The notes beneath the pieces are model-generated. The model did not search any database. It worked only from the letters and a program-made list of their open reading frames with translations, and was not told the origin of the DNA. Shown here one piece after another: positions 24,842 to 36,743 of a DNA stretch of 48,646 nt. The position numbers and the translations under genes are program-made. The DNA lies in NCBI GenBank assembly GCA_039831155.1, contig JBDONT010000010.1, positions 1 to 48,646 on the forward strand, written 5' to 3'. The DNA is from Nautiliaceae bacterium. GTDB lineage: Bacteria; Campylobacterota; Campylobacteria; Campylobacterales; Nautiliaceae. Each line of letters begins with the position of its first letter. The stretch's first letter is position 1.

Positions 24842-25706
24842 TTTGAATTCCTTTTGGTAAATTTTGTATAAAATCATCAAATAACGGTGCAATTATACTA
24901 AGTTTTTTCCCTCTTGGATGAATAAAATATATTTCCCTTGCGTGAAGCATTACGCGAGGAGTTTTTTGGTCTTTTTTTCCATAAGTCGTATCTCCTAGGA
25001 TATATCTTCCAAGTTTTGTCAAATGTACTCTTATCTGATGAGTCCGGCCGCTAAATAGTTTTGCTGCCGTTAGGTTTTCAAATATTGGAATAAAAAGGGT
25101 TTTTGCTTCTTTTCCGTTGGGAACTATAGCCATTTTAAGTCTGTTTTTAGGGTTTCTGGCAATTGGGGCGTTTATGCATTTAGCTTCTTTTAAAGGTTCG
25201 TTTAAAAGCATTAAATAGTATCTTCCCATCGATTTGTCTTTTAGTTGGTTGCTTAAAAATTCGTGGGTTTTGTTGTTTTTGGCAATTACCAAAGCCCCGC
25301 TTGTCTCTTTATCTATTCTATGGACTATTCCGAATCTCTCATCTCCTGCTATTGTAGAGAGTGAAAAGCCTTTTTCTTTTAGCCAGTCAACCAGTGTCGC
25401 TTCTTTGTAGCTTGGAGCCGGATGAACTACAATACCCGGTGGTTTATTGATAACCAGCAAATCTTCGTCTTCATATAATATAGGTATTTCAAAATCGGCT
25501 TTTTTAGGGGTAAATTCTTCTTTTTGAGGGAAGTTTATTTCAATTACGTCGTTTTCTTTTAATTTAATGCCGCCTTTTTTTATTTTTTTACCGTTGATTA
25601 GTACGGCTTCTTTTTTTATTAGCTGTTCTATTTGGTTTCTTGAAATGTTTAACTCTTTTGATAAAAATTTATCTATCCTTTGAGCTTCTTTACTTATTAA
25701 TTTCAA
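24777..25706 (-). CDS. rluD: RluA/RluD-family pseudouridine synthase
   Basis: N-terminal S4 domain, NKPPGIVVHP, HRIDKETSG, GRTHQIRVH. Confidence 0.9.
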   Translation of the reverse strand: MKLISKEAQRIDKFLSKELNISRNQIEQLIKKEAVLINGKKIKKGGIKLKENDVIEINFPQKEEFTPKKADFEIPILYEDEDLLVINKPPGIVVHPAPSYKEATLVDWLKEKGFSLSTIAGDERFGIVHRIDKETSGALVIAKNNKTHEFLSNQLKDKSMGRYYLMLLNEPLKEAKCINAPIARNPKNRLKMAIVPNGKEAKTLFIPIFENLTAAKLFSGRTHQIRVHLTKLGRYILGDTTYGKKDQKTPRVMLHAREIYFIHPRGKKLSIIAPLFDDFIQNLPKGIQNEEIDNLSDKFNNYNRLCNKQ

Positions 25707-25758
25707 TAAATAACCTTTTTTGTTACAATTTTATCAAAATTTAATTTTAAACGTAGGG

Positions 25759-25787
25759 TTGACAAAACCGAACATTTTAACTAAAAT
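25759..25787 (+). promoter_or_regulatory. Sigma70-type promoter of rho
   Basis: TTGACA-17 nt-TAAAAT, 50 nt upstream of the ATG. Confidence 0.6.
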
Positions 25788-25836
25788 CGCAAAATTAAAA
25801 ACTACAATTAACTACAAAACTCTTACAAGGATATTT

Positions 25837-27138
25837 ATGGAACAAGAAACTACCACTAAAAAACAGAGAACTCATATACCGGTTGAAGGGTATACTATAG
25901 AGGATTTAAGAAGTAAAACTACCGAAGAACTTATTAAAATAGCTACCGAACTTAGCGTTGAAAATCCGCAGGAATATAAAAGACAAGATTTGATGTTTGA
26001 GATACTTAAGGCTCAAGTTCAACAGGGAGGATATCTGTTATTTACCGGAATTCTGGAAATAATGCCCGACGGTTACGGTTTTTTAAGAAGTATAGGGGGA
26101 AATTTTGAAAACTCTTTAAATGATGTTTACGTATCTCAAACTCAAATCAGACGTTTTGCACTTCGTACGGGGGATATTGTAACAGGTCAGGTTAGACCTC
26201 CAAAAGACCAGGAAAAATATTACGCTTTACTTAAAATAGAGGCAATTAACTACCTTCCACCGGAAGAAGCGAAACAAAGACCTCTTTTTGATAACTTAAC
26301 TCCTCTTTACCCTCAAGATAAAATAAAACTTGAATACGAACCTACAAAATTAACCGGTAGGGTTCTTGATTTGTTCGCACCTATTGGAAAAGGTCAAAGA
26401 GGGCTTATAGTTGCTCCTCCAAGAAGTGGTAAGACGGTATTTTTAAAAGAGATAGCACACGGAATTACAAAAAATCATCCGGAAGTTGATTTAATGGTTT
26501 TATTAATAGACGAAAGACCGGAAGAAGTTACCGATATGCAAAGAAGCGTAAAAGGTGAGGTTTACTCTTCAACTTTTGACAAACCGGCTCAAAACCACGT
26601 AAGAGTTGCAGAACTTGTAATAGAAAAAGCGAAAAGAATGGTTGAAATGGGTAAAGATGTTGTAATTTTACTTGATTCAATTACCCGTCTTGCCAGAGCT
26701 TATAATACCGTAACACCGGCAAGTGGAAAAGTACTTAGTGGTGGAGTTGACGCAAACGCTCTTCATAAGCCTAAAAGATTTTTCGGGGCTGCAAGAAACA
26801 TAGAAGAGGGTGGAAGTTTAACGATTATTGCAACTGCCTTAATTGAAACCGGTTCTAAAATGGATGAGGTTATTTTTGAAGAGTTTAAAGGTACGGGTAA
26901 TATGGAAGCGGTGCTTAGCCGTAGAATTGCAGATAGAAGAATTTATCCGGCAATTGATATTTTAAAATCAGGTACCAGAAAAGAGGAGTTACTGCTGACT
27001 CCGGAAGAACTTGCCAAGGTTTGGGCTATTAGGAATATTATTAGTGAAATGGATGAGGTTGAAGCACTTAAACTTATGTACTCAAAAATGCTAAAAACCA
27101 AAAACAATCAGGAGTTTTTAAGTATTATAAATGAATAG
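25837..27138 (+). CDS. rho: Transcription termination factor Rho
   Basis: [44 protein letters not shown]. Start at ATG 25837 after AAGGA. Confidence 0.99.
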   Translation: MEQETTTKKQRTHIPVEGYTIEDLRSKTTEELIKIATELSVENPQEYKRQDLMFEILKAQVQQGGYLLFTGILEIMPDGYGFLRSIGGNFENSLNDVYVSQTQIRRFALRTGDIVTGQVRPPKDQEKYYALLKIEAINYLPPEEAKQRPLFDNLTPLYPQDKIKLEYEPTKLTGRVLDLFAPIGKGQRGLIVAPPRSGKTVFLKEIAHGITKNHPEVDLMVLLIDERPEEVTDMQRSVKGEVYSSTFDKPAQNHVRVAELVIEKAKRMVEMGKDVVILLDSITRLARAYNTVTPASGKVLSGGVDANALHKPKRFFGAARNIEEGGSLTIIATALIETGSKMDEVIFEEFKGTGNMEAVLSRRIADRRIYPAIDILKSGTRKEELLLTPEELAKVWAIRNIISEMDEVEALKLMYSKMLKTKNNQEFLSIINE

Positions 27139-27871
27139 ATGCGGGATTTTTGATAGTGGAGTAGGAGGCTTAAGCGTAGCCTCCGAAATTTTAAAATCTA
27201 AACTTTTTGATGAAATTATCTATTATGGAGATACTGCCAGAGTCCCTTACGGAAACAAAAACGAATCTACAATCATCAGATATTCTCTTGAAGCTTTGGA
27301 ATTTCTTAAAAATTTTGACATTAACTTTTTAATAGTCGCTTGTAATTCGGCAAGCTCTGTTGCTTTGGAAGAACTTAAGAAAGAGGCTTCTTTTCCGGTT
27401 GTAGGGGTTATTGAAGCCGGAGTTAAAGCAGTAGAAAAAGAAAAAAAAGATTCTAATATTCTTCTAATAGGTACAAAAAGAACAATATCCTCAAATAAAT
27501 ATCAGGAGATGTTAAAAAAAAGAGGATTTAAAAATATTATAGCAAAACCTACACCTCTTTTAGTGCCGTTAGTGGAAGAGGGGATAGTTGAGGGAAAAAT
27601 AGTTGATGAGGTTTTTGATTTTTATTTTTCGGATATAAAAAAAGAAGAGATAGATATTGTGATTTTGGGGTGTACTCATTATCCTTTTTTATCTAAAAGT
27701 ATAGGAAATTATTTTTATAACGCAAAGCTGATTCATTCCGGTCAGGCTATAGTTGAAATGTTGGAGAATGAGTATGGATTAGAAAAAAAAGAAAAAACAA
27801 CTATTGAATGTTTTGCGAGTGATAATGTCGAAGAGCTTAGAAAAAAAGCGAAAGAGTGGCTTGAAGGTTAG
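27131..27871 (+). CDS. murI: Glutamate racemase
   Basis: [23 protein letters not shown]. Confidence 0.97.
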   Translation: MNRCGIFDSGVGGLSVASEILKSKLFDEIIYYGDTARVPYGNKNESTIIRYSLEALEFLKNFDINFLIVACNSASSVALEELKKEASFPVVGVIEAGVKAVEKEKKDSNILLIGTKRTISSNKYQEMLKKRGFKNIIAKPTPLLVPLVEEGIVEGKIVDEVFDFYFSDIKKEEIDIVILGCTHYPFLSKSIGNYFYNAKLIHSGQAIVEMLENEYGLEKKEKTTIECFASDNVEELRKKAKEWLEG

Positions 27872-28503
27872 TTTTTTTCAAGTTTAAATATTTGAGGTTT
27901 TAATACGATTTCTTGCACTACCAGATGTTTTGGAGCATTTATTATATATTTTACTATTTGGGCTATGTCTTTTGGTTTTATGTGAGCCATTTCTTCGGAT
28001 GAGGGTTTGAAGTAGGTATTGTTGTGAAAATTTGTAAGTGTCAAATCGGGAATAATAGTGCAAACCTTGACTCCGGATTTTCTTACCTCTTCAAAAAGAG
28101 AGTTTCCAAAGTGTCTAAGGGCGGCTTTTGTAGCAGCGTATACAACTCCTTGACGTGCCGGATAGGTTGCCGAAGTTGAAGAGATATTTATAATAAAGCC
28201 TCTGTTTTTTTTAATTTCTTTTAAATGGTTTTTGGTTAAAATCATAGGGGCTAAAAAATTTACGTTTATCATCTCTTTTATTTGTTCTATTTTAATATCT
28301 TCAAATTGACCGAAATAGCCGACCCCGGCATTATGAATAATACCTATTATATTTTTGAATTTTAATTTTTCCACTTCTTTTATATTGTTTAAATCGGTAG
28401 AATAAGAGCAGTTTCTGCAAATATCTATAATTTCAAATTCTTTTAACTCCTCTTTTATCGCTTTTCCTATGCCACTGCTAGCACCGGTTAGAATAATTTT
28501 CAT
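27868..28503 (-). CDS. Short-chain dehydrogenase/reductase
   Basis: TGASSGIG, HNAG, YAATK. Confidence 0.93.
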   Translation of the reverse strand: MKIILTGASSGIGKAIKEELKEFEIIDICRNCSYSTDLNNIKEVEKLKFKNIIGIIHNAGVGYFGQFEDIKIEQIKEMINVNFLAPMILTKNHLKEIKKNRGFIINISSTSATYPARQGVVYAATKAALRHFGNSLFEEVRKSGVKVCTIIPDLTLTNFHNNTYFKPSSEEMAHIKPKDIAQIVKYIINAPKHLVVQEIVLKPQIFKLEKN

Positions 28504-29138
28504 TTTTCTTCTTTTAAGAGAGATTTTAGCTTTTCTTTATTGGTAACTTTTATCGATTTTTCACAGTAGCAGATAATTTCTTGTGCTTTTAGTTTACTTA
28601 AAATTCTGCTTAAGGTTTCGGCACTCATTCCAAGCTCTTTTGCTAAAAGATATTTTTTCTTTTTGACAAATTTTTGAGGGAAATTTAAAAGCGTATAAAT
28701 AACTCTTTTTGTTGCGTCGTATTTTTGGAGTTTATTAAATTCAATCTCTTGCATAATCTGGTTGCTTAGCATTTTTATGATTCTGTCACTAAAAGGAGGG
28801 TTTGAAATAAGAGGTTTAAATTTTGTAAAGTCTATTTTTACTATTTCGCACTCACTTTCGGTTTTTGCGTTTAAACAGTAAGGTCTGTTTTGAATTTGAG
28901 AGATAAGACCGAAGATGTCTCCACATCCGAATTGGCTTTTTGGGATAATGTTTCCTTTTAAATCCACATCGTACATTAGTACGTTGCCGTGAATAATACC
29001 ATAGAAATAGTTGTCTTTTTCACCTTCGTAAAATATTATCTCTTCTTTTTGGTATCTTTTAAAAGAGGCGTAAGAGGAAATCTCCTCAAGTAAAGAGTCT
29101 TCTATATTGAAAAAAAGGGAGAGTTTTTTGAGTTTCAC
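28500..29138 (-). CDS. Crp/Fnr-family transcriptional regulator
   Basis: cNMP-binding domain (IFYEGE, GDIFG) and HTH LGMSAETLSRILSKL. Confidence 0.92.
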   Translation of the reverse strand: MKLKKLSLFFNIEDSLLEEISSYASFKRYQKEEIIFYEGEKDNYFYGIIHGNVLMYDVDLKGNIIPKSQFGCGDIFGLISQIQNRPYCLNAKTESECEIVKIDFTKFKPLISNPPFSDRIIKMLSNQIMQEIEFNKLQKYDATKRVIYTLLNFPQKFVKKKKYLLAKELGMSAETLSRILSKLKAQEIICYCEKSIKVTNKEKLKSLLKEEK

Positions 29139-30391
29139 GACTCTTCTATTCTTATGAAGTTAATAGGTTTTATCACAAAATCAAGAGTTTCAATCTCTTT
29201 TATCGCTTTTTTGATATCTTTTTCTATAGATTTGTGAGTTGCAAAAAGTAATTTTACGTAACCGTTTTTAGGTTTTTGTAAAAAGCTTTCGATTGAAATA
29301 TTGTTTTTAGCTAAGATATTTGCTATTTTTTCAAGAACTCCTAATCTGTCGTTTACGGCTATTCTTAAGTAGTATTTTGTTTTTATCTCTTCTATCGGTT
29401 TTAGGGAGAGTTTTTGTTCTTCAAGAGGCTTTTTGTATCCTAGCATGGGATTTACATTTCCTCTTGCAATTTCAATTATATCGCTTATAACTGCACTTGC
29501 TGTCGCATCTCCCCCGGCTCCCGGACCGTAATACATCGTCTCGCCTACTACATCGCCAATTACGCTTACTGCATTCGTAACGCCGTCAACTTTTGCTATC
29601 ATTTGAGAGTTTTTAATAAGAGTCGGATGAACTCTTAATTCTACTTTATTATCTGTTTTTTTAGCAATTCCTAAGAGTTTTATTTCATATCCGAATTCTT
29701 TTGCAAACTCAATATCCGTTAAATTTATATTTTCTATACCTTCAATTAAAATATCTTCCGGTTTAGCGTCTATATTGTAAGCAATACTTGCTAAAATCAA
29801 CAGTTTATGAGCTGCGTCATATCCTCCTACGTCAAATGTAGGGTCTGCTTCTGCGTAACCTAATTCTTGAGCTTCTTTTAAAACTTCTTTATAGTTTCTT
29901 CCTTTTTTCATTTCGGTTAGAATGTAGTTGCAAGTTCCGTTTATGATACCTTTTATCTCTTCTATATGGTTTGCACTAAGCCCGTCACGCAGTGCTTTAA
30001 TAATAGGAATTCCACCGGCTACACTAGCTTCGTATTCAAAAGGGGTTGAAGCCAGTTTTTGAAGTTCGAATCTATGGTATGCCAAAAGTGCTTTATTTGC
30101 AGTTACTACTGCTTTTTTGTTTTTTAGAGCGTCTTTTACAACTTCGTAAGCCTCTTCAACTCCACCCATAAGCTCAACTACTATATCGATATCCGGGTCT
30201 TGAGTAACTTTTTTATAATCGGTTACAAGTTCTATGTTTACGTCTCTTTTTTTGTTTAGATTTCTTACAACTCCTCTTTTTACTACTATCTCCTGACCGG
30301 CTCTTGCACTTATTACGTCTTGATTTTTCTGAATATTTTTAACTACACTCTCTCCAACCGTTCCAACTCCTACTATTCCTATCTTAACCAT
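29135..30391 (-). CDS. hom: Homoserine dehydrogenase
   Basis: [29 protein letters not shown]-terminal ACT domain. Confidence 0.97.
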   Translation of the reverse strand: MVKIGIVGVGTVGESVVKNIQKNQDVISARAGQEIVVKRGVVRNLNKKRDVNIELVTDYKKVTQDPDIDIVVELMGGVEEAYEVVKDALKNKKAVVTANKALLAYHRFELQKLASTPFEYEASVAGGIPIIKALRDGLSANHIEEIKGIINGTCNYILTEMKKGRNYKEVLKEAQELGYAEADPTFDVGGYDAAHKLLILASIAYNIDAKPEDILIEGIENINLTDIEFAKEFGYEIKLLGIAKKTDNKVELRVHPTLIKNSQMIAKVDGVTNAVSVIGDVVGETMYYGPGAGGDATASAVISDIIEIARGNVNPMLGYKKPLEEQKLSLKPIEEIKTKYYLRIAVNDRLGVLEKIANILAKNNISIESFLQKPKNGYVKLLFATHKSIEKDIKKAIKEIETLDFVIKPINFIRIEES

Positions 30392-31595
30392 TATTTTCCT
30401 TTAACTCTTTTAAAAAATGCTTTATATTTTTTGCGGCTTGACGAATTCTTTTTTCGTTTTCAATTAAAGCAATTCTTACATAATCATCCCCATATGCTCC
30501 AAATCCGATACCAGGGGATACTGCTATATGAGCTTCTGTGAGTAATCTTTTTGAAAACTCTAGACTTCCTAGATGTCTTGCGACTTTAGGAATTTTAGCC
30601 CATACGAACATACTAGCTTTTGGTTTTTCAATCTCCCATCCGGCATTTGCGAAACTTTCTATTAATACGTCACGTCTGTGTTTATATGTGTCTACTATAT
30701 CTTTTACTAAGTGTTGGTAATCTCTAAGGGCTACTGTAGCTGCTACTTGAATAGGCGTAAACATTCCGTAATCAATCCACGATTTATATTTTTGAAGTGC
30801 ACCTACTAAAACCGGGTTTCCTACTATAAATCCTACTCTCCATCCAGCCATATTGTAGCTTTTAGAAAGGGTAAAGCTCTCAACTGCTACTTCTTTGGCT
30901 CCTTTTGCTTCAAAAATACTAGGAGTTTTGTATCCGTCAAACGTAATATCTGCATAAGCTATATCGCTTATTATAAATAAACCTTCTTCTTTTGCAAAAT
31001 CAACGGCACGTTGATAAAATTCTTTACTTACAGTTACGGTAGTAGGATTGTGAGGGAAGTTTAATACTAAAAATTTAGGTTTTGGTACGGCTTCAATCAT
31101 AGCATGTTTTAGCTGTTCGAAGAATTCATCTTCTTTTAGTTCGTATTTTTCGTTATAGGTTAATTTTACTTTTCTAACACTAGCTCCGGCTAACATAAAA
31201 GCGTATGAATGAATAGGATATGTCGGGTCTGGAACTATTGCCACATCACCTACGTTTGTAATAGCCTGGGTTAAATGAACGTATCCTTCCTTGCTTCCCA
31301 TTGTTACAACCGCTTCGGTTTCCGGGTCGAATGTGACGTTGTAGCGTCTTGCGTACCAGTTACAAATAGCTTCTCTTAGTTTATAAATTCCTTTGCTTAC
31401 CGAATATCTGTGGTTTTTAGGTTTTTGAGCCGCTTCTATTAATTTATCTACAATAGGTTTTGGGGTAGGACCATCCGGGTTTCCCATAGAAAAGTCTATA
31501 ATATCTTCTCCCGCACGTCTTGCTTGGAGTTTTAGTTCGTTTATTACTGCAAATATATAATTTGGGAGTCTTTCTATTCTTTCAAAATGGTTCAT
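30384..31595 (-). CDS. PLP-dependent class I/II aminotransferase (AlaC / LL-DAP aminotransferase-like)
   Basis: [26 protein letters not shown]. Confidence 0.92.
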   Translation of the reverse strand: MNHFERIERLPNYIFAVINELKLQARRAGEDIIDFSMGNPDGPTPKPIVDKLIEAAQKPKNHRYSVSKGIYKLREAICNWYARRYNVTFDPETEAVVTMGSKEGYVHLTQAITNVGDVAIVPDPTYPIHSYAFMLAGASVRKVKLTYNEKYELKEDEFFEQLKHAMIEAVPKPKFLVLNFPHNPTTVTVSKEFYQRAVDFAKEEGLFIISDIAYADITFDGYKTPSIFEAKGAKEVAVESFTLSKSYNMAGWRVGFIVGNPVLVGALQKYKSWIDYGMFTPIQVAATVALRDYQHLVKDIVDTYKHRRDVLIESFANAGWEIEKPKASMFVWAKIPKVARHLGSLEFSKRLLTEAHIAVSPGIGFGAYGDDYVRIALIENEKRIRQAAKNIKHFLKELKENNG

Positions 31596-32362
31596 TGTAT
31601 TCCTTTTACATATATTCCACGCTTAAAATTGACTTTTGAAAAATTGTCTTTTACTTTAATATATTTACATTCCTGCGGTATATTCAAATTTATATTTTGT
31701 TGAGAAATTTCTTTTGCAATTATATTTAAAATATTTAAATTTTTATCATAAAAAACTATATAAGGGTACCAATTATCATATTTTGATGTAGTAATTGATA
31801 TTTGTTTAAAACCGTTCGGATTTAACCAGTAAAGACCTTTGGCGTTAATTAATTTTATTTTATCCGAAACTATTCGGATAGCTTCTTTTTTTTCATCTTT
31901 GCAATCTAAGTAATAAGTGTAGTTTTTGTTTTTTATAATTGATTTTACTTTGCATCCTTTTTGAGATATCGTTTGCAAAAATAATAAAGGGTCTATATAA
32001 TGAGCCGATTTCATTTCAATCGTTATTTTAAAAGAGTTTGTTTTTGAAATTGTTGTCGGATAAAAGTAGTAGTAGCCTAAAGTGTTTAAAGTATCATATA
32101 AAGTTTTTGTATTAAAAATAGGATTGTTATTTAAAAATATGAAAGTCGGATGAATGTATTTGGGTTTTTCAAAAAAAATATCTAAAAGACCGTTATTTTG
32201 TAAATAGGAAATTATTTTTTCTAAAGAGGTTTTTTTGTTTAAAATAGGAATTAAAAGAGTTTGATAAGTGTTGAATTTTTCTTTCCCTATTAAGTTTTTA
32301 ATTGCAATCGTATTATTTGCAAAAAGAAAAGAAGCTAAAAAACTTATTAAAAGTTTTTTCAT
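31592..32362 (-). CDS. Conserved exported hypothetical protein
   Basis: Signal peptide, overlaps its neighbours in the operon, [12 protein letters not shown] motif. Confidence 0.75.
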   Translation of the reverse strand: MKKLLISFLASFLFANNTIAIKNLIGKEKFNTYQTLLIPILNKKTSLEKIISYLQNNGLLDIFFEKPKYIHPTFIFLNNNPIFNTKTLYDTLNTLGYYYFYPTTISKTNSFKITIEMKSAHYIDPLLFLQTISQKGCKVKSIIKNKNYTYYLDCKDEKKEAIRIVSDKIKLINAKGLYWLNPNGFKQISITTSKYDNWYPYIVFYDKNLNILNIIAKEISQQNINLNIPQECKYIKVKDNFSKVNFKRGIYVKGIQ

Positions 32363-33129
32363 CTCTCAAACCTGTTCGGTTTTTTCATTATAGTTATATT
32401 ACCGTCTTTTAAAAGAACTCGTATGATTTTTTTCGTATCGGGAAAAAGGGTTTTATTTCCATATGAAATAGTTATATTTCCATGTCCGAATTTAATATAC
32501 CAATTACTTCCCTTTAAAATTTGTTCGTGAGAAGTTAATTTTTCCGTAGATTGATTCGTGTCTATATTTAAAGCTTTAAACCATACTTTTTCATTAGGGA
32601 CTATAATTACCTCTTTAGGATAAGATTTTGATTTACGGATAGTTTTTGATATGTTGGTTTCTTGTTTGTAGATTAATGTTTCGCTTTTATTAGTATCGTT
32701 TATTTCAAAGGATTTTTTCGTAAAGGAAAAAGAAGAGTTATTTTCTTGCTTGTTTAGATTATGTTTTATGATTTTGTCTTTTGGAGAACCGTTATTTTTA
32801 GAATAGGTTTTATATAATAAAAATCCTCCTATAGATAGCAATATAAAAGCTAGGAAAAATAAAAAATAGGTATTATTTTCTTCTTTTATAATTTCTTGGG
32901 TATATTTATTTTCTTTGGAAACTTTAAAAAAGTCGTTATATTCTTGTATTAAGTCGCTTAGGTCGGTTTTAAATTCTTTTTCTATTATTTTAATAAATCC
33001 TAAAAACTTAACACGCGGAATTTTCTCAAACTCTTTATTTTTTATGTACCTTAGAGAAATAGGGGAAATTTTTGTTTTTTTACTTATTTCTTCTATTTCA
33101 TATTTATCAAAAAATTCTTTAGCATTCAT
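32359..33129 (-). CDS. RodZ-like HTH membrane protein
   Basis: N-terminal HTH (EEISKKTKIS...GFIKIIE), single TM segment, periplasmic C-terminus. Confidence 0.75.
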   Translation of the reverse strand: MNAKEFFDKYEIEEISKKTKISPISLRYIKNKEFEKIPRVKFLGFIKIIEKEFKTDLSDLIQEYNDFFKVSKENKYTQEIIKEENNTYFLFFLAFILLSIGGFLLYKTYSKNNGSPKDKIIKHNLNKQENNSSFSFTKKSFEINDTNKSETLIYKQETNISKTIRKSKSYPKEVIIVPNEKVWFKALNIDTNQSTEKLTSHEQILKGSNWYIKFGHGNITISYGNKTLFPDTKKIIRVLLKDGNITIMKKPNRFER

Positions 33130-33781
33130 TTACAATCCTATCAATTAATATTCCGGCAGCTACCGATACGTTTAGAGAGTCGAAGTTGTTTTTCATATTT
33201 ATGGTTAATATTTTATCAAGTTTTTCTTTTACTTTTTTTCTTAAACCTTCACCTTCATTTCCCATAATAAGAGCTACTTTTTCGGCTTTTACTTTACACT
33301 CTCCACCAAAATCGGCACCGACTATCAAGTAACCTTTTGTTTTTAGGATATTTATAAGTTCTAATATATTGTGAAAAACAACTATCTTCATATCTAAAGC
33401 CGCTCCGGAGCTTGTTCTTATAACTTGAGGCCATTTTAGTTCTTTTATGCTGGTAATTATAAGCAAATCTATTCCTAAAGCATAAGCACTTCTTGTAATA
33501 GCTCCGATATTTCCCATATCGGTTACGTTATCCAGGATTAGTATTTTTGAGCCGTTAATTTCCCACTCTTGAGGTTTGAAATCTATGCTTGCAAAATAAC
33601 CTTGATGGTTTTGATTTTTACTTAATTTTTGAGCCGTTTTATTATCGATAAATTTAATATTAAATTTTTTTAGGTTATTTCGTTCTTTTTTATCAAGTTT
33701 TTTTGAAATTAATAGCTCTTTAACAATGTCGGGGTGATTTTTTATTATGTATTCTACTATTCTTTTTCCATATACTATCAT
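33119..33781 (-). CDS. rlmB: 23S rRNA Gm2251 methyltransferase (TrmH/SpoU family)
   Basis: NHQG, LDNVTDMGNIGAITRS, GNEGEG, SLNVSVAAG. Confidence 0.9.
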   Translation of the reverse strand: MIVYGKRIVEYIIKNHPDIVKELLISKKLDKKERNNLKKFNIKFIDNKTAQKLSKNQNHQGYFASIDFKPQEWEINGSKILILDNVTDMGNIGAITRSAYALGIDLLIITSIKELKWPQVIRTSSGAALDMKIVVFHNILELINILKTKGYLIVGADFGGECKVKAEKVALIMGNEGEGLRKKVKEKLDKILTINMKNNFDSLNVSVAAGILIDRIVNEC

Positions 33782-33810
33782 AGTTGATATTTTACCATAA
33801 AAAAGTTGAA

Positions 33811-34602
33811 TTATTTTTCGCTATTTAGCAGTTTATATATTTCTTTTGCACTTTTGTCTGAAATTTTGGCTAAAAGTTTTGATTTTTCTTTAAGAGGCAG
33901 TGGAAGGTTTAAAATATCATCATAAGATAAGATTAATTGTTTTTTTGCTTTTTCTTTGTCAATTACCACTACCCATTCGCCTTTTGTATTTGAAAGTTTT
34001 ATATCTTTTACTTTTGCTTTGATGTATGTTTCGTGTATCTTTGTTAGTTCTTTAGCTAAAAATATTTCTCTATCGGGAATTAATTCTTTAAGTTCTTTTA
34101 TTAATTTTTCTATTCTATGTGGGGATTCGTAAAGGATGGCTATTTTTTCAGAATTAATAATCTCTTTTAGCTTATCCGTGCGTTCTTTTCCTTTGTGAGG
34201 TAAAAACATCCAAAAACAAAACTCCCCCTCAAACCCACTTGCAACATATGCGGTAAGTGCGGCGTTGGCTCCCGGGATTATGGTGTATGGAATATCGTTT
34301 TGTTGGCAAAACCGCACCAGTTTACTTCCCGGGTCGCTAATTCCCGGCATTCCGGCATCACTTACATATACGCAGTTTTTTGTTTTTAGAGTTTGGGGAT
34401 TTAGTTTTGAGATGATTTCATTTTCATTGTGAGAGTGCATTGATATGAAATCTTTATTTAAAGGAATTTCTAGGAGATTTAGAAGTTTTTTAGTAACTCT
34501 TGTGTCTTCACACAAGATAATTTGAGCCTCTTTTAGAGCTTCTGTAGCTCTAAAAGAGATGTCTTTAAGATTGCCTATTGGAGTAGGAACTAGACTTAGC
34601 AA
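33811..34602 (-). CDS. rsmI: 16S rRNA C1402 2'-O-methyltransferase
   Basis: PTPIGNLKDIS, CEDTR, SDAGMPGISDPG, YESPHR, KELTKIHE. Confidence 0.96.
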   Translation of the reverse strand: MLSLVPTPIGNLKDISFRATEALKEAQIILCEDTRVTKKLLNLLEIPLNKDFISMHSHNENEIISKLNPQTLKTKNCVYVSDAGMPGISDPGSKLVRFCQQNDIPYTIIPGANAALTAYVASGFEGEFCFWMFLPHKGKERTDKLKEIINSEKIAILYESPHRIEKLIKELKELIPDREIFLAKELTKIHETYIKAKVKDIKLSNTKGEWVVVIDKEKAKKQLILSYDDILNLPLPLKEKSKLLAKISDKSAKEIYKLLNSEK

Positions 34603-34803
34603 TTATGCAAGACCGTATTTTTTCTTAAATTTATCTACTTTACCACCTCTGTCGATGTTTCTTTCTTGTCCTGTAAAGAATGGATGACATTTATCACAAA
34701 CTTCAATTCTTAATGTGTCTTTAGTTGATAAAATTTCAAATTGATGTCCACAAGTACAAGTAACTTGACATTTTACGTATTCAGGATGGATACCTTTTTT
34801 CAT
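34603..34803 (-). CDS. rpmE: 50S ribosomal protein L31 (Zn-binding type)
   Basis: [22 protein letters not shown]. Confidence 0.98.
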   Translation of the reverse strand: MKKGIHPEYVKCQVTCTCGHQFEILSTKDTLRIEVCDKCHPFFTGQERNIDRGGKVDKFKKKYGLA

Positions 34804-34907
34804 TCATTATCCTTTTTATTGTTTTAATAGAAAATTAGTTCGAAATTCTACTTTGTTTTCCTTAAGTTATCCTTAAATTAAGTAATCTTTAAGAAAAGGA
34901 GAGGGGC

Positions 34908-36743
34908 TTAGTTTTTAGTTTTAAGATACCTTTTGTTTTCTATTTTTTCTATATCTCCCATTTGGTCTAAATAATCCAGATATGCTACAATATATTTTCT
35001 GCTCATTGGCATATGTTCTTTAAATTTTTTGATATCGATATAACCTTCTTTTTCTATAATTTCCCTCATTTTTTTAAGGGCTATGTTTATGTTTTTATCG
35101 GTTACGAAAAGGTTATGGGCAAGTCTTATTACTTTTTTGGATGTTGTGAGTTTTTTCATAGCGTTATCGCCCACTTTTCTGTCGATATTTAATTTTTCGT
35201 AGATGTTATAAGGAGCATCGGGGGTGAGTCCTGAATTATCAAGCAGCTGGTAGAGTCTGTGTTCTACCGATTTTGTGATATCCACTTCTCCTAAATCTTT
35301 TCTTTTATATATGTTGTCTTCTTTTATTAAATAACCCTCTTTTACAAGCTCATCAAGTACGCTTTTTATAAGTTCCGTACTTGCCCATTTTAGTCTTAGT
35401 TTAAGTGATGCCGGGGAGAGGAATGCCAATCTGTTTTTTTCGTAGGTTTCTTTTATCACTTTTTCAATCTCTTCTTTTACTTCAATTGAGAAGATATTAT
35501 AGTTTTCCTCATCTATGAATACGTTATCAAGCTGTTTTGCAATTTCCAAAGCTTCTTTTGGAGAGAGGTTAAATCTTTGATAGCTTTGAAGTAGCCCAAA
35601 TCCCCTTTTGTGATTTTGAATGAGTATTTCAAATGACGTTTTAAAATCTTTTTTGTTTAGGGCTTTAAGTAAAGAGAGTTTTTTCTTTTTCTTAATAGGG
35701 TCGCTTATAGGGTTTAATACTTCTCCACCTCCGACAACGCGACCGTTATGAAGAATTACAAAAGGGTCTTCAAATACTAAAAAGGCCTTTTCTTCAAGTT
35801 TTATAGTTGCGTATCCTTTTTTTTCTTCCGGGTTAAACATTAATAATTTCCCTGGAATTCTTTTTGCACCACTTATAAATAAAACTTCCATATTGTGAAA
35901 AAGCTCTTTTCCTTCTACAGGCTTTACGAATACGTCGATTAATTTAAATCCTCTTAAATATCCTTTGGTTGAGAGGAGATACCCTTTTTTGAATTCTTTA
36001 TGGTTGATGTTCAAATTTATAGCAACCCTTTGGTGAGTATAAGCTTCTTCTACGTCTTTTCCGTGGACTTGGAGGTTTTTAACGGTTGTTAGAGTTTTTG
36101 TTTCGTTGATATAAATTTTGTCTTTAAGTTTTACTTTTCCACTTAGAACCGTTCCCGTAACAACCGTACCGATACCTTTTAGTGAAAACACTCTGTCGAT
36201 ATAGTATCTGAAAAATTTAGAGTGGGTTATGTTTCTTGGAGGCAGGTTAAACAGGTAGTCTTTCAGTTTTTCTATACTTTCTTTATCGTAAATAGAAGTT
36301 TCGAAAATTTCAAGCAAATGCAGGTTTTTATATTTTGCAATTAAATCTCTGATTTCGTTTTTTCTTTTTTCGATTGTATCTTTGTCGGCCAAGTCGCATT
36401 TTGTAAGGGCCACTATTATGTTTTTGACTTTTAGAATGTTCAGTACTTCCAAATGTTCTATCGTCTGCGGCATTACGCCCTCATTTGCGTCTATTGCAAA
36501 AAGAGAAGCGTCAAATCCGAATGCTCCGCTAATCATATTTTTAACAAGTTTTTCGTGACCCGGGACGTCAATGAATGCGATGTTTACGTCGCCTCTTTTC
36601 ATATTCGTAAAGCTTAAATCAATGGTAATTCCTTTTTCTTTTTCTTCTTTCAGTTCGTCCCCGTTATAGCCTGTCATGGCTTCAATAAGGGATGTTTTAC
36701 CGTGGTCTACGTGACCGGCTGTACCTATAATAATATTACGCAT
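34908..36743 (-). CDS. selB: Selenocysteine-specific elongation factor
   Basis: GTAGHVDHGKT, GITIDL, DVPGHE, C-terminal winged helix with SRKY..AYLDYLD. Confidence 0.97.
   Translation of the reverse strand: MRNIIIGTAGHVDHGKTSLIEAMTGYNGDELKEEKEKGITIDLSFTNMKRGDVNIAFIDVPGHEKLVKNMISGAFGFDASLFAIDANEGVMPQTIEHLEVLNILKVKNIIVALTKCDLADKDTIEKRKNEIRDLIAKYKNLHLLEIFETSIYDKESIEKLKDYLFNLPPRNITHSKFFRYYIDRVFSLKGIGTVVTGTVLSGKVKLKDKIYINETKTLTTVKNLQVHGKDVEEAYTHQRVAINLNINHKEFKKGYLLSTKGYLRGFKLIDVFVKPVEGKELFHNMEVLFISGAKRIPGKLLMFNPEEKKGYATIKLEEKAFLVFEDPFVILHNGRVVGGGEVLNPISDPIKKKKKLSLLKALNKKDFKTSFEILIQNHKRGFGLLQSYQRFNLSPKEALEIAKQLDNVFIDEENYNIFSIEVKEEIEKVIKETYEKNRLAFLSPASLKLRLKWASTELIKSVLDELVKEGYLIKEDNIYKRKDLGEVDITKSVEHRLYQLLDNSGLTPDAPYNIYEKLNIDRKVGDNAMKKLTTSKKVIRLAHNLFVTDKNINIALKKMREIIEKEGYIDIKKFKEHMPMSRKYIVAYLDYLDQMGDIEKIENKRYLKTKN

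Noticed and set aside
34861..34892. TTAAG/CTTAA repeats upstream of rpmE as a response-regulator site
   Set aside because: Plausible but too degenerate to call in AT-rich DNA.
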